Positions 26,665-35,298 of a stretch of 64,000 bases of DNA are shown here, piece by piece (the stretch's first letter is position 1; the number at the start of each line of letters is the position of its first letter). Source of the stretch: Thermoplasmata archaeon (lineage in GTDB: Archaea; Thermoplasmatota; Thermoplasmata; Lutacidiplasmatales; UBA184). The notes under the pieces were generated by a model, which was not told where the DNA came from, made no database searches, and was given only the letters and a program-made list of their open reading frames with translations. The stretch covers positions 36,423 to 100,422 of the forward strand of contig DATJUZ010000007.1 of assembly GCA_035502035.1 (NCBI GenBank), read 5' to 3'. A program made the translations under genes and the position numbers.

Positions 26665-26670
26665 TATTTA
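26665..26670 (-). promoter_or_regulatory. TATA-like element upstream of kdpF
   Basis: The minus-strand sequence reads CTAAATAC about 31-36 nt upstream of the kdpF ATG. It is the only AT-rich patch in the 78-nt intergenic region. Confidence 0.35.
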
Positions 26671-26712
26671 GGGTGGCCGACCGAGGGGGCCGGGCCCCCG
26701 GCCCACGAAAGC

Positions 26713-28398
26713 TTAAGCGCCGCTCGGCTCGGCCGCCGCCCGCCGTCGGCGCCCTTCCGCCGAGAGGCGGCGCACGATGCGGCGCATCGCCTGCTCGCGG
26801 CGGACCTCGGCGCGCTGATAGGCGACCTCGCGCGTCGCCTTCGTCAGCAGCACCACGACCCGCCCGAGCGAGGTGCGTCCGGTGCGGCCGCGCCGCTGGA
26901 TCGCCCGGATCTCGCTCGGGACCGACTCGAAGAAGACCACGAGGTCGACGTCCGGCACGTCCAACCCCTCCTCGGCGACGCTGCTCGCCACGAGGATCGG
27001 GAAGCGCCCCGCCCGAAAGTCGCCGAGGACCCTCGCCTGCTCCCGCTGCGTCATCCCGGGGTCGTCGCGGTCGCGCGTCGCCTGGCCGACGAAGCGGCCG
27101 ACCTTCCATCCGTCGGCCTCGAGGAGCTCCTGGATCGACTGGATCGTGTCCCGATACTGCGCGAAGACGAGGAGGCGGGGCGGGTGGTCGCGCGGCGCGG
27201 CGAGCGTCTCGCGTACGAGGGCGAGCAGCGCGTCCAGCTTCGGGTGCGACGCCTCCTTGGTCGACGTGAGGCAGGCGAGCGCCTCCGCACGGGCCCGCTC
27301 GACCTCCGGCAGCCGCACGAACGCCGCGTCCCCCCGGCTCGGCTTCTCCTTCCCGGCGACGCGCTCCACGTACTGGAGGAACGGGCGCAGACCCTGCGTT
27401 TCGAGCCGCTCCTGGGCGTGGTGGAGATGGAGGAGGACCAGCTGGTGGAACAGGGGTCCGAAGCGGCGGACCATCGGACCCGGCCGGGCGAAGATCTCCG
27501 CCCGCAGCGCGACGAGGTCCTTCACGGAGAGGGAGGCGATCGGCTTCTTGCGCAGGTAGCCCATCCGCTGCAGCTTGCGGGCTCGCTCGTGCGCGGCGAC
27601 CTCCAGCAGGTCCCGGATCCGGGAGCCTACGGGGGAGAGCTCGACCCACCGGTGCTCGACCTCGACCGGCTGGACGTGCTCCCGTACGCCGTCGTCCTCA
27701 CGGGTGCGCGCCTCGATGCGGTGGACCCCGAGCGCACCGACGACCTCCTCGATCCGCTCGTCCTTGCCGCCGGGCGACGCGGTGAGCCCGAGCACCCGGC
27801 CGTCCGTCGGCCTCTCGGCACGGAAGCGGGCGGCGATCGGGACGTAGGCGTACTTCCCGACGGCGTGGTGCGCCTCGTCGACCACGAGCAGCGCGACATC
27901 GTCCAGCCGATAGCGCCCGGCGGCGAGGTCGTTCGCCACGATCTCCGGCGTGGCGAAGACGACGTCCGCCGACTCCCACGCCCCGACGCGCACCGGGCGA
28001 CGCACCGTCCCGGTGAAGCGTGCCCACCGCAGGTGAACGAGCCATCGGGCGAACGCCTCCGCGTGCTGCTGGACGAGCGGTCGGGTCGGGGCGAGCACCA
28101 GTACCTTGCCGGGAGCCCGACGGAGGACCTCGGCCGCGAGGAGCGCCGCGATCACCGTCTTGCCGAGGCCGGTCGGTAGCACGACCAGGAGGTCCTCGTC
28201 GAGCCCGACCCGCGCGAGGTCGATCTGGAACGGGAGCGCCCGGATCTCCCCCGGACGTAGCAGGGGGTGCTCGACCATCCCGTCGACGACCTTCCAGGTC
28301 CCTTCGAGTCCCGGGGGCCGCGGTCGGCCGGTCGCGAGGTCGAGCGCGGGGGCCTCCCCGTCCGGGGAGAACTCTTCGAGGAGGTGCTGGCGCGCCAT
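26713..28398 (-). CDS. Hef/FANCM-like SF2 helicase (helicase module only)
   Basis: A 561-aa protein with LPTGLGKT, VVDEAHHAVG, TASPG and QRRGRTGR motifs. HPLLRPGEIRALPFQ resembles the Hef N-terminus. An alternative start is MVEHPLL (41 codons downstream). There is no ERCC4 nuclease domain. Confidence 0.8.
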   Translation of the reverse strand: MARQHLLEEFSPDGEAPALDLATGRPRPPGLEGTWKVVDGMVEHPLLRPGEIRALPFQIDLARVGLDEDLLVVLPTGLGKTVIAALLAAEVLRRAPGKVLVLAPTRPLVQQHAEAFARWLVHLRWARFTGTVRRPVRVGAWESADVVFATPEIVANDLAAGRYRLDDVALLVVDEAHHAVGKYAYVPIAARFRAERPTDGRVLGLTASPGGKDERIEEVVGALGVHRIEARTREDDGVREHVQPVEVEHRWVELSPVGSRIRDLLEVAAHERARKLQRMGYLRKKPIASLSVKDLVALRAEIFARPGPMVRRFGPLFHQLVLLHLHHAQERLETQGLRPFLQYVERVAGKEKPSRGDAAFVRLPEVERARAEALACLTSTKEASHPKLDALLALVRETLAAPRDHPPRLLVFAQYRDTIQSIQELLEADGWKVGRFVGQATRDRDDPGMTQREQARVLGDFRAGRFPILVASSVAEEGLDVPDVDLVVFFESVPSEIRAIQRRGRTGRTSLGRVVVLLTKATREVAYQRAEVRREQAMRRIVRRLSAEGRRRRAAAEPSGA

Positions 28399-28463
28399 CG
28401 AGCCGACCGTCCCCGGACGACGTGCGGGGCGATAGGCGCTTCCGTCCCGGCTTCCGCGGATCC

Positions 28464-29762
28464 CTAGCCCCGCGCGCCGCCCGGGGCGGCGAGCACCTCT
28501 CGCCCTCCGAGGTACGGCCGAAGGGCCCGGGGGATCTCGATCGCACCGTCCGCCCGCTCGTACTGCTCGACGAGGACGGCGAGCGCGCGGGAGGTCGCGA
28601 CCGCGGTCGAGTTGAGCGTGTGGGGGACGACCTTCCCGGGCTTGCCCGCGCGTCCCAGGCGGATGCCGAGGCTCCGGGACTGGTAGTCGGTGCAGTTCGA
28701 GCAGCTGACGACCTCGCGGTAGGCCTGCTGGCGAGGGAACCAGGCCTCGACGTCGTACTTCTTGGCGGCGACCGTGCCGACGTCCCCGGTGCAGACGTTG
28801 ACGACGCGGTAGGGGACCTCGAGCCTCCGGAAGACCTCCTCGGCGTTCGCGCGGAGCTCCTCGTGGATCTTCGGGGAATCGTCCGGCCGGCAGAACACGA
28901 ACTGCTCGACCTTCGTGAACTGGTGGACCCGGAACAGGCCCTTCTGGTCGACCCCGTGTCCCCCGATCTCGCGTCGGAAGTTCGTGCTGAGGCCGACGAG
29001 ACGTATCGGCACGAGCTCCTCGTCGAGGATCTCCCCCTGATACAGGGCGGCGAGCGGGTGCTCGCTCGTCGCGATGAGGTACAGCTCGTCGCCGTCGATC
29101 TTGTACATGACGTTCTGGAAGTCGGCGAGGTCGGTGACGCCCTCGTACGGCTCGCGCCGGAGCAGGAACGGCGGGATCACGGGCGTGAACCCGCGTTCGA
29201 TCATCAGGTCGAGCGCGAAGCGTTGGAGGGCGAGGTCGAGCAGCACGAGCGGTCCCCGCAGGTAGTAGAAGCCGGCACCGCTCGCCCGCCGCGCACGGTC
29301 GAAGTCCGCGAGGCCGAGCGCCTCGAGCGTTTCTCCGTGCGGCCGGCGGCCCTCGACGGCGGGGCCCGGCGTGCCCCAGGTGCCGACGACGACGTTCTCC
29401 GTGTCGTCCTTGCCGTACGGGACGCTCGGGTCCAGCAGGTTCGGGAGCCGGCGCAGCCGCTCGTCGCGCTCGCTCCGAAGCTCGGCCTCGCGACGTTCGG
29501 CGTCCTTGAGCTCCTCCGGCAGCCGCTTCGACTCGGCGAGGAGCGCCTCGGCGGTCGCACCGGCCTTCCGCGCGGCGGCGACCTGCTGGCCGAGGCTGTT
29601 GCGGCGCTGGCGGAGGCGGTCCGCCTCCCGCACGCTCTCCCGCCAGAGGGCGTCGCGACGGATGACGTCGGAGAGCATCTCGAGGACGGCGGGCTGCCGG
29701 CGTCGGGCGAGGTTCTCCTCGACGTCCTTCGGCCGCTGGCGGAGCAGCTCGATGTCGATCAC
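28464..29762 (-). CDS. serS: seryl-tRNA synthetase
   Basis: From ORF 28464..29837, with GTG at 29760-29762 (VIDIELLRQRP). It has an N-terminal coiled coil and class II motifs (FRREIG, GLFRVHQFTKVEQF, NSTAVATSRAL). Confidence 0.9.
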   Translation of the reverse strand: MIDIELLRQRPKDVEENLARRRQPAVLEMLSDVIRRDALWRESVREADRLRQRRNSLGQQVAAARKAGATAEALLAESKRLPEELKDAERREAELRSERDERLRRLPNLLDPSVPYGKDDTENVVVGTWGTPGPAVEGRRPHGETLEALGLADFDRARRASGAGFYYLRGPLVLLDLALQRFALDLMIERGFTPVIPPFLLRREPYEGVTDLADFQNVMYKIDGDELYLIATSEHPLAALYQGEILDEELVPIRLVGLSTNFRREIGGHGVDQKGLFRVHQFTKVEQFVFCRPDDSPKIHEELRANAEEVFRRLEVPYRVVNVCTGDVGTVAAKKYDVEAWFPRQQAYREVVSCSNCTDYQSRSLGIRLGRAGKPGKVVPHTLNSTAVATSRALAVLVEQYERADGAIEIPRALRPYLGGREVLAAPGGARG

Positions 29763-29887
29763 GGCGCCCGGCTCAGGCGGCCGGGCCGTAAATCTTTCCG
29801 CCGGGCGGGCGACGGGCCGTGCCGGCGCGCACAACACCTATGTACCCTCGTCGGGCGTTCGGGGTCCCGACGGGGAGGCGAACGCCG

Positions 29888-31369
29888 ATGGAGGGCGAGT
29901 ACGGGCTCCTGATCGACGGCCGGTGGACGGTCCCGCCGAACGCGACGCGGTTCACGACGAAGAACCCGGCGACCGGGGAGACGGTCGGTTCGTTCGTCAG
30001 CGCGACCCCGGAGGACGTGCGGGCCGCCGTGGGGGCCGCCCAGCGCGCGTTCCCGACCTGGCGCGAGACGCCCGCCCCGAAGCGAGGGGAGATCCTCCTC
30101 GAGGTCGCCCGCCGGATGCGCGCCGAGAAGCCCCGCCTGGGCCGGCTCGTCACCCAGGAGATGGGCAAGGTCATCGGCGAGGGCCTCGGCGACGTTCAGG
30201 AGTCGATCGACTTCGTCGAGTACATGGCCGGCGAGGGACGGCGCCTCTTCGGCGAGACGGTCCCCTCGGAGCTCCGGTCCAAGTTCTGCCTCACCGTGCG
30301 CCAGCCGAAGGGCGTCGTGGCGTGCATCACGCCGTGGAACTTCCCGACGGCGATCCCGAACTGGAAGATCGCCGCCGCGCTCGTCACCGGTAACACCGTC
30401 GTCTTCAAGCCGGCCAGCGCGACGGCCCGCTGCGCGGCCGAGGTCGTCCGGCTCTACGAGGACGCCGGGGTCCCGCCGGGGGTGCTCAACTTCGTCACCG
30501 GCTCCGGCGGCGTGGTCGGCAACGCGCTCGTCGAGGACCCGCGCGTGCGCACCGTCTCGTTCACGGGAGGGGTCGAGGCCGGGCGGGACGTCTACGTGCG
30601 GGGCGCGCGCGGCCTCAAGATGGTACACCTCGAGCTCGGCGGCAAGAACCCGGTGATCCTGATGGAGGACGCCGACCTCCCGCTCGCGCTGGAAGGGGTC
30701 CTGTTCGGGGCGTTCGGCACCGCCGGTCAGCGATGCACCGCGACCAGCCGCCTCATCGTCCACGAGAAGGTCGCCGAGCGGTTCCTGGGCATGCTCGTCG
30801 AGCGGCTCGAGCGGTTCTCCGTCGGGGACCCGCTCGACCCGAAGACCGGCATGGGGCCGGTCGCCTCCGCCGACCAGGAGAAGAAGATCCTCGAGTACAT
30901 CGAGCTCGGGAAGAAGGACTCGAAGCTCCGGTACGGCGGCGAGAAGCTCACCGGCGGCGCCTACGACCGGGGGCACTTCCTCCGGCCGACGATCTTCGAG
31001 ACAAAGCACGGCAGCCGCATCTCGAAGGAGGAGATCTTCGGGCCGGTGCTCTCCGTGATCCGGGTCGGCTCGTACGAGGAGGCGGTCCGCGTCGCCAACG
31101 ACGTCGACTACGGCCTCTCCTCGTCGATCTACACCCGCGACGTGAACCTCGCGTTCCGGGCGATCGAGGACCTCGAGGCGGGCATCACCTACGTGAATGC
31201 GCCGACGATCGGCGCCGAGGTCCAGCTGCCGTTCGGCGGCGTCAAGAACACCGGTAACGGCGGGCGCGAGGCTGGGAGCGTCGCGATCGAGGAGTTCACC
31301 GAGATCAAGACCGTCTTCGTCGACTTCTCCTCGCGGCTGCAGAAGGCCCAGATCGACGTCGAGACGTAG
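29888..31369 (+). CDS. NAD(P)-dependent aldehyde dehydrogenase
   Basis: From ORF 29819..31369. The ATG at 29888 is preceded by GGGGAGG. Motifs include FTGGVEAG, ELGGKNP, GQRCTA and EEIFGPV. Confidence 0.9.
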   Translation: MEGEYGLLIDGRWTVPPNATRFTTKNPATGETVGSFVSATPEDVRAAVGAAQRAFPTWRETPAPKRGEILLEVARRMRAEKPRLGRLVTQEMGKVIGEGLGDVQESIDFVEYMAGEGRRLFGETVPSELRSKFCLTVRQPKGVVACITPWNFPTAIPNWKIAAALVTGNTVVFKPASATARCAAEVVRLYEDAGVPPGVLNFVTGSGGVVGNALVEDPRVRTVSFTGGVEAGRDVYVRGARGLKMVHLELGGKNPVILMEDADLPLALEGVLFGAFGTAGQRCTATSRLIVHEKVAERFLGMLVERLERFSVGDPLDPKTGMGPVASADQEKKILEYIELGKKDSKLRYGGEKLTGGAYDRGHFLRPTIFETKHGSRISKEEIFGPVLSVIRVGSYEEAVRVANDVDYGLSSSIYTRDVNLAFRAIEDLEAGITYVNAPTIGAEVQLPFGGVKNTGNGGREAGSVAIEEFTEIKTVFVDFSSRLQKAQIDVET

Positions 31370-31371
31370 GG

Positions 31372-31584
31372 ATGTGCCCGTTCCGCGGCTCCGACGAGCA
31401 GCTCGAGCGGGAGATCGACGCCGTCCACCGCCTCGTCCGGGTCCGGCTCCAGCGGGCGAACGACGACCTCCGCGAGCTCGAGAGCGCCCTGCGCGAGCTC
31501 CGCCGGGAGCGTCGCCGCCGCGAGCAGGCGAGCGCCGCGTCGGTCCGCGGCTCGTCGGGCGCCCGGGAGGGGGCGGTCGGCTAG
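31372..31584 (+). CDS. small coiled-coil protein (70 aa)
   Basis: It starts 2 nt after the ALDH stop. Third-position GC is near 100%. EQLEREIDAVHRLVRVRLQRANDDLRELESALRELRRERRR is coiled-coil-like. Coding status is uncertain. Confidence 0.4.
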   Translation: MCPFRGSDEQLEREIDAVHRLVRVRLQRANDDLRELESALRELRRERRRREQASAASVRGSSGAREGAVG

Positions 31585-31585
31585 C

Positions 31586-33013
31586 TCAGACCCCGCCCGT
31601 CCGGTTCGGGTTGTCGAAGTTCGTCAGCAGCAGCTGACCGCGGTTGCGCGGCCGGGCGACCGGCGCGAGCAGCGCATCCTCCTCGAGCGCGGGGACGGTC
31701 TCCGAGATCGGCACGTCGACCAGGATCTCGCGCGTGCGCCCGCCCCGGCCGCGGGAGACGATCGTCGCGCGGATCAGTCCGAGCGTCTCGAGCTCGCTGA
31801 CGTAGTTCGAGATCGAGCGTGCGTGGAGCGGCTGGAGCCCGAGGCGCTCGGCGAGCCGCCGGTAGCTGTCGTAGACCTCGCCGGTGAGCACGCCGTTGCG
31901 ACGCCGCTCGTACAGCTGAAGGATCGCGTAGAGGAGGACCTTGCAGTGGGGCGGGAGCGTCCGGCAGCACTCGACGACGATGTCCTGCTCGAGCCGGTTC
32001 TTCGCCTTCACGACGTGGTCCGGGCTGATCCGCTTGGCGTGGTCGCGCTCGGCCATCTCGGCCGACAGGCGGAGCAGCGCGTGGGCGCGCCGCGCGTCGC
32101 CGTTCTCGAGCGCGGCGTACGCCGCGCACCGCTCGACGACGCCGGGGTCGACGATGTCGTCATTGAACGCTTCGCGGGCTCGGTCGCGCAGGATATCCTG
32201 CAGCTCGGTCGCGTTGTACGGCTGGAAGACGATCTTCTCCTCGTTGAGCCGGCTGCGGACGCGGGCGTCCAGCTGGTTGGTGAACTTGAGGTCGTTCGAG
32301 ATGCCGACCAGGCTGAGACGCGCGCCGTCGAGCTCGGTGTTCAGCTGGCTCAGCGTGTACAGGACGTTGTCGCCGCTGCGCGCGACGAGCCGGTCGATCT
32401 CGTCCAGGACGAGCACGGTCGTCGCCTTGCGCGCGTTGAGCGTCCGGACCATCGCCGCCTGGACCCGGTCGAGCGACCAGCCGGTCGGGATCCGGTCCGC
32501 CTCGGTCGGGGCGAACGTGTTGCCGATCGTCTGCAGCAGGCTGTAGGAGGTGTCGATGTTGGCGCAGTTCACCGTCAGGAAGCCGAGGCGGGAGGTCGCG
32601 GTCGCCCGCCGCTCGATGTCCTGGCGTACCTGCGCGACGACGGCCGTCTTGCCGGTGCCGATCTTCCCGTAGATCAGCAGGTTCGACGGGAGGTCGCCCC
32701 GCAGCGCCGGTCCGAGGATCTCGGCGACCTTGCGGATCTCCTCCTCGCGGTGCGGGAGGCGCGGGGGCACGTAGGAGTCTCGGAGCACCTCGCGGCTGCC
32801 GCGGAACAGCTCGCTCTTCGATTGCAGGATCGCGTCCAGCAGCGCCCCGGCGCCCCCGCTGCCGCCGCCCGTCGGGGGCGTCGACCCGGTGGGGGCGTCC
32901 GCGCTTCCGCCCGGGCGGCGGTCGCCGACCGGGGCGACCGCCGTCGCCGTCGTCTCGCTCAACTCGGGTCGCGCCGGCAACTCGGCCGGCCGATCCTCGG
33001 GTGCAGGTGGCAC
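31586..33013 (-). CDS. cdc6: Orc1/Cdc6 replication initiator
   Basis: A 475-aa protein with PHREEEIRKV, Walker A IYGKIGTGKT, Walker B LVLDEID and a C-terminal winged helix. It has a GTG start and a Pro/Gly-rich N-terminal tail. Confidence 0.9.
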   Translation of the reverse strand: MPPAPEDRPAELPARPELSETTATAVAPVGDRRPGGSADAPTGSTPPTGGGSGGAGALLDAILQSKSELFRGSREVLRDSYVPPRLPHREEEIRKVAEILGPALRGDLPSNLLIYGKIGTGKTAVVAQVRQDIERRATATSRLGFLTVNCANIDTSYSLLQTIGNTFAPTEADRIPTGWSLDRVQAAMVRTLNARKATTVLVLDEIDRLVARSGDNVLYTLSQLNTELDGARLSLVGISNDLKFTNQLDARVRSRLNEEKIVFQPYNATELQDILRDRAREAFNDDIVDPGVVERCAAYAALENGDARRAHALLRLSAEMAERDHAKRISPDHVVKAKNRLEQDIVVECCRTLPPHCKVLLYAILQLYERRRNGVLTGEVYDSYRRLAERLGLQPLHARSISNYVSELETLGLIRATIVSRGRGGRTREILVDVPISETVPALEEDALLAPVARPRNRGQLLLTNFDNPNRTGGV

Positions 33014-33170
33014 CGTAACGCCTGCCCTTGGCCTCGGGCGGCGCTCGCACAGTCGCTCGCCATATCAACCTTCGCCCGTCAGTATCCATTCCGGCGTCGA
33101 ACGCGGGCGTCGCGACGCCGATCCGGCTCGACCGAACCGATTTGAAGGGCGACGGGCCTCGGCCGGAGCG

Positions 33171-33392
33171 ATGGACGCGCATGCGGTGGCCCCGGCGTCG
33201 CACGCGCGCGCCCCGGGCCACCGTCTGACGGTCCTGACGATCATCGGCTCCGCGGTACTCTCGGGGCTCGGGATGATCGGAACGATCTACTGGCTGATCA
33301 CGTTCCGCTGGATTCTGTTCGCGAGCCTGGTCCCCTTCGTGGTCGGCGCCTACCTCCTGTTCACGCGGGCGACCGGCCCCGACCACGCCTAG
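33171..33392 (+). CDS. small two-helix membrane protein (73 aa)
   Basis: From ORF 32889..33392, using the internal ATG at 33171. Helices are LTVLTIIGSAVLSGLGMIGTIYWLI and ILFASLVPFVVGAYLLF. Confidence 0.45.
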   Translation: MDAHAVAPASHARAPGHRLTVLTIIGSAVLSGLGMIGTIYWLITFRWILFASLVPFVVGAYLLFTRATGPDHA

Positions 33393-33401
33393 CGCGCGCC
33401 G

Positions 33402-34223
33402 ATGGCGGCCCGGTCGACGTCCTCCGGCCCGGCGCCGGTGATCGTCAAGCTCGGCGGGAGCCTCCTGACGCGCAAGCGCGAGGTCGAGTCGCTCCGTCCG
33501 AAGGTCCTCGCGCGCATGGCCCGGGAGCTCGCGGCCGCATCGGGGACGCCCCTGGTCGTCCTGCACGGCGCCGGCTCGTTCGGGCATCCGGGGGCGGCGC
33601 GCTTCGCCCTCGCCCGGGCCCCGGCGACCGATAGGGAACGCACGGAGCGGACCCGGGGGGCGTCGATCGTCTCGGCCGAGGTGCGCCGCCTCCACCTCGC
33701 GGTGCTCCGCGCGCTGGTCGCCGCCGGAGTTTCCGCCTGGTCGGTCCCGCCCTCCGCGACGGCCCGCAACCGGGAGGGGCGCCTCGAGTCGCTCGAGGAG
33801 GCGCCGTACGCCGACGCGCTGGGGCGGGGCGTCGTCCCGGTCGCCTTCGGGGACGTCGTGCCGGACGAGCGGTGGGGGTTCTCCATCCTGAGCGCCGACA
33901 CCCTCGCCGTGGAGCTCGCGCGGCGGCTCCGCGCTCGCCGCGTGGTCTTCGCGTCCGACGTCGAGGGGGTCCTCGAGGGACCCGCCGGGGGAAAGCGCTC
34001 GGTCGTGCCCGAGCTCTCGACGGAGCTCCTCGGGCGGCTCCGGCCCGGAGCGGGTGCGGTCGACGTCACCGGGGGGATCCGCGCGAAGGTCACGGCGATG
34101 CTCGCGGTCGCCGCCGGCGGCGCGGACGCAGCGCTTATTAGCGGACTGACGGATGGAGCGCTCTCGAGGGCGATCCGGGGGGAGTCGGTCTACGGGAGCT
34201 GGGCCCACGCGCGAGCCCCGTAG
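33402..34223 (+). CDS. ipk: isopentenyl phosphate kinase
   Basis: A 273-aa protein. VIVKLGGSLLT, LVVLHGAGSFGH and DVTGG match the amino-acid-kinase fold pattern of archaeal IPK. Confidence 0.85.
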   Translation: MAARSTSSGPAPVIVKLGGSLLTRKREVESLRPKVLARMARELAAASGTPLVVLHGAGSFGHPGAARFALARAPATDRERTERTRGASIVSAEVRRLHLAVLRALVAAGVSAWSVPPSATARNREGRLESLEEAPYADALGRGVVPVAFGDVVPDERWGFSILSADTLAVELARRLRARRVVFASDVEGVLEGPAGGKRSVVPELSTELLGRLRPGAGAVDVTGGIRAKVTAMLAVAAGGADAALISGLTDGALSRAIRGESVYGSWAHARAP

Positions 34224-35298
34224 TCCCGACGACCGGACCGGGCTCGACCTGAGCCATCGGAAGGCCGAGCACGTCAAGGTCGTCCTCGGCCGCAATGTCG
34301 ACGGACGCTACCGCTACTGGGACGACGTCCAGCTCGTCCACCGTGCGCTCCCCGAGCTGGACTTCGACGAGGTCGACCCGTCGGTCACCCTGCTGGGCCA
34401 CTCCCTCCGCGCGCCGATCGTGATCACCGGCATGACCGGGGGATTCCCGGACGCGGCGAAGATCAACGAGAACCTCGCGCGGGCCGCCGCCGAGGTCGGG
34501 GTCGCGATGGGGGTCGGGAGCGAACGGGCCGCGGTGCTCAAGGGCCAGTACCCCGAGAGCTACGCGTGCGTCGCACGCCACCCGGTGCCGCTCAAGTTCG
34601 CGAACATCGGCGCGCCGCAGCTGATCCCCCAGGGACCCGGGGACCGGGTCCTCGCTGCGGAGGACGTTCGGGCCGCGATGGAGCTGATCGGGGCGGACGT
34701 CCTCGCGGTCCACCTCAACTTCCTGCAGGAGATGGTGCAGCCCGAGGGGGACCGGCGCGCGAAGGGCTGCCTCGCGCGGATCGGGGAGCTGGCACGGACC
34801 TTCCCCGTCCTCGTCAAGGAGACCGGCGCCGGGCTCTCGCGGGAGGTCGCCGAGTCGCTCCGGGAGCGCGGGGTGCGCGCGTTCGACGTCAGCGGGACCG
34901 GGGGAACCTCGTTCGCGGCGGTCGAGCACTATCGCGCCGTCGACCAGGGCGCCGAGCGCGAAGCGCGCGTCGGCAAGACGTTCTGGGACTGGGGGATCCC
35001 CTCCCCCGTCTCCGTCGTCGAGCTCGTTCCGCTCGGGGTACCGGTCATCGCGAGCGGGGGGATCCGGACCGGGCTCGACGTCGCGCGGGCGATCGCCCTC
35101 GGCGCGTCCGCGGCCGGCACGGCGGGAGGGGTCCTGCGGGCGGCGTCGACCGGCTACGCCGAGACGAAGGCCGAGCTCGAGACGCTCGTCCACGAGCTCC
35201 GGGTCGCGATGTTCCTGACCGGCAGTCCCACGGTCGCCGCGCTGCGCTCGGCGGCGACGGTCGTCATCGGGGAGACGCGGGCGTGGCTCCGGCGCTAG
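34153..35298 (+). CDS. fni: type 2 isopentenyl-diphosphate delta-isomerase
   Basis: SHRKAEHVKVVL, ITGMTGG, VKETGAGLS and ASGGIRTGLDVARAIALGA match IDI-2. The only in-frame ATG/GTG/TTG start is at 34153, 71 nt inside ipk, so the true start is uncertain. Confidence 0.85.
   Translation: MERSRGRSGGSRSTGAGPTREPRSPDDRTGLDLSHRKAEHVKVVLGRNVDGRYRYWDDVQLVHRALPELDFDEVDPSVTLLGHSLRAPIVITGMTGGFPDAAKINENLARAAAEVGVAMGVGSERAAVLKGQYPESYACVARHPVPLKFANIGAPQLIPQGPGDRVLAAEDVRAAMELIGADVLAVHLNFLQEMVQPEGDRRAKGCLARIGELARTFPVLVKETGAGLSREVAESLRERGVRAFDVSGTGGTSFAAVEHYRAVDQGAEREARVGKTFWDWGIPSPVSVVELVPLGVPVIASGGIRTGLDVARAIALGASAAGTAGGVLRAASTGYAETKAELETLVHELRVAMFLTGSPTVAALRSAATVVIGETRAWLRR

Noticed and set aside
33014-33170. 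A replication origin next to orc1/cdc6.
   Set aside because: The upstream intergenic region is only about 157 bp, is not AT-rich, and shows no repeated ORB-like elements that I can see. The downstream side is a convergent gene 1 nt away. An origin cannot be supported from this window.
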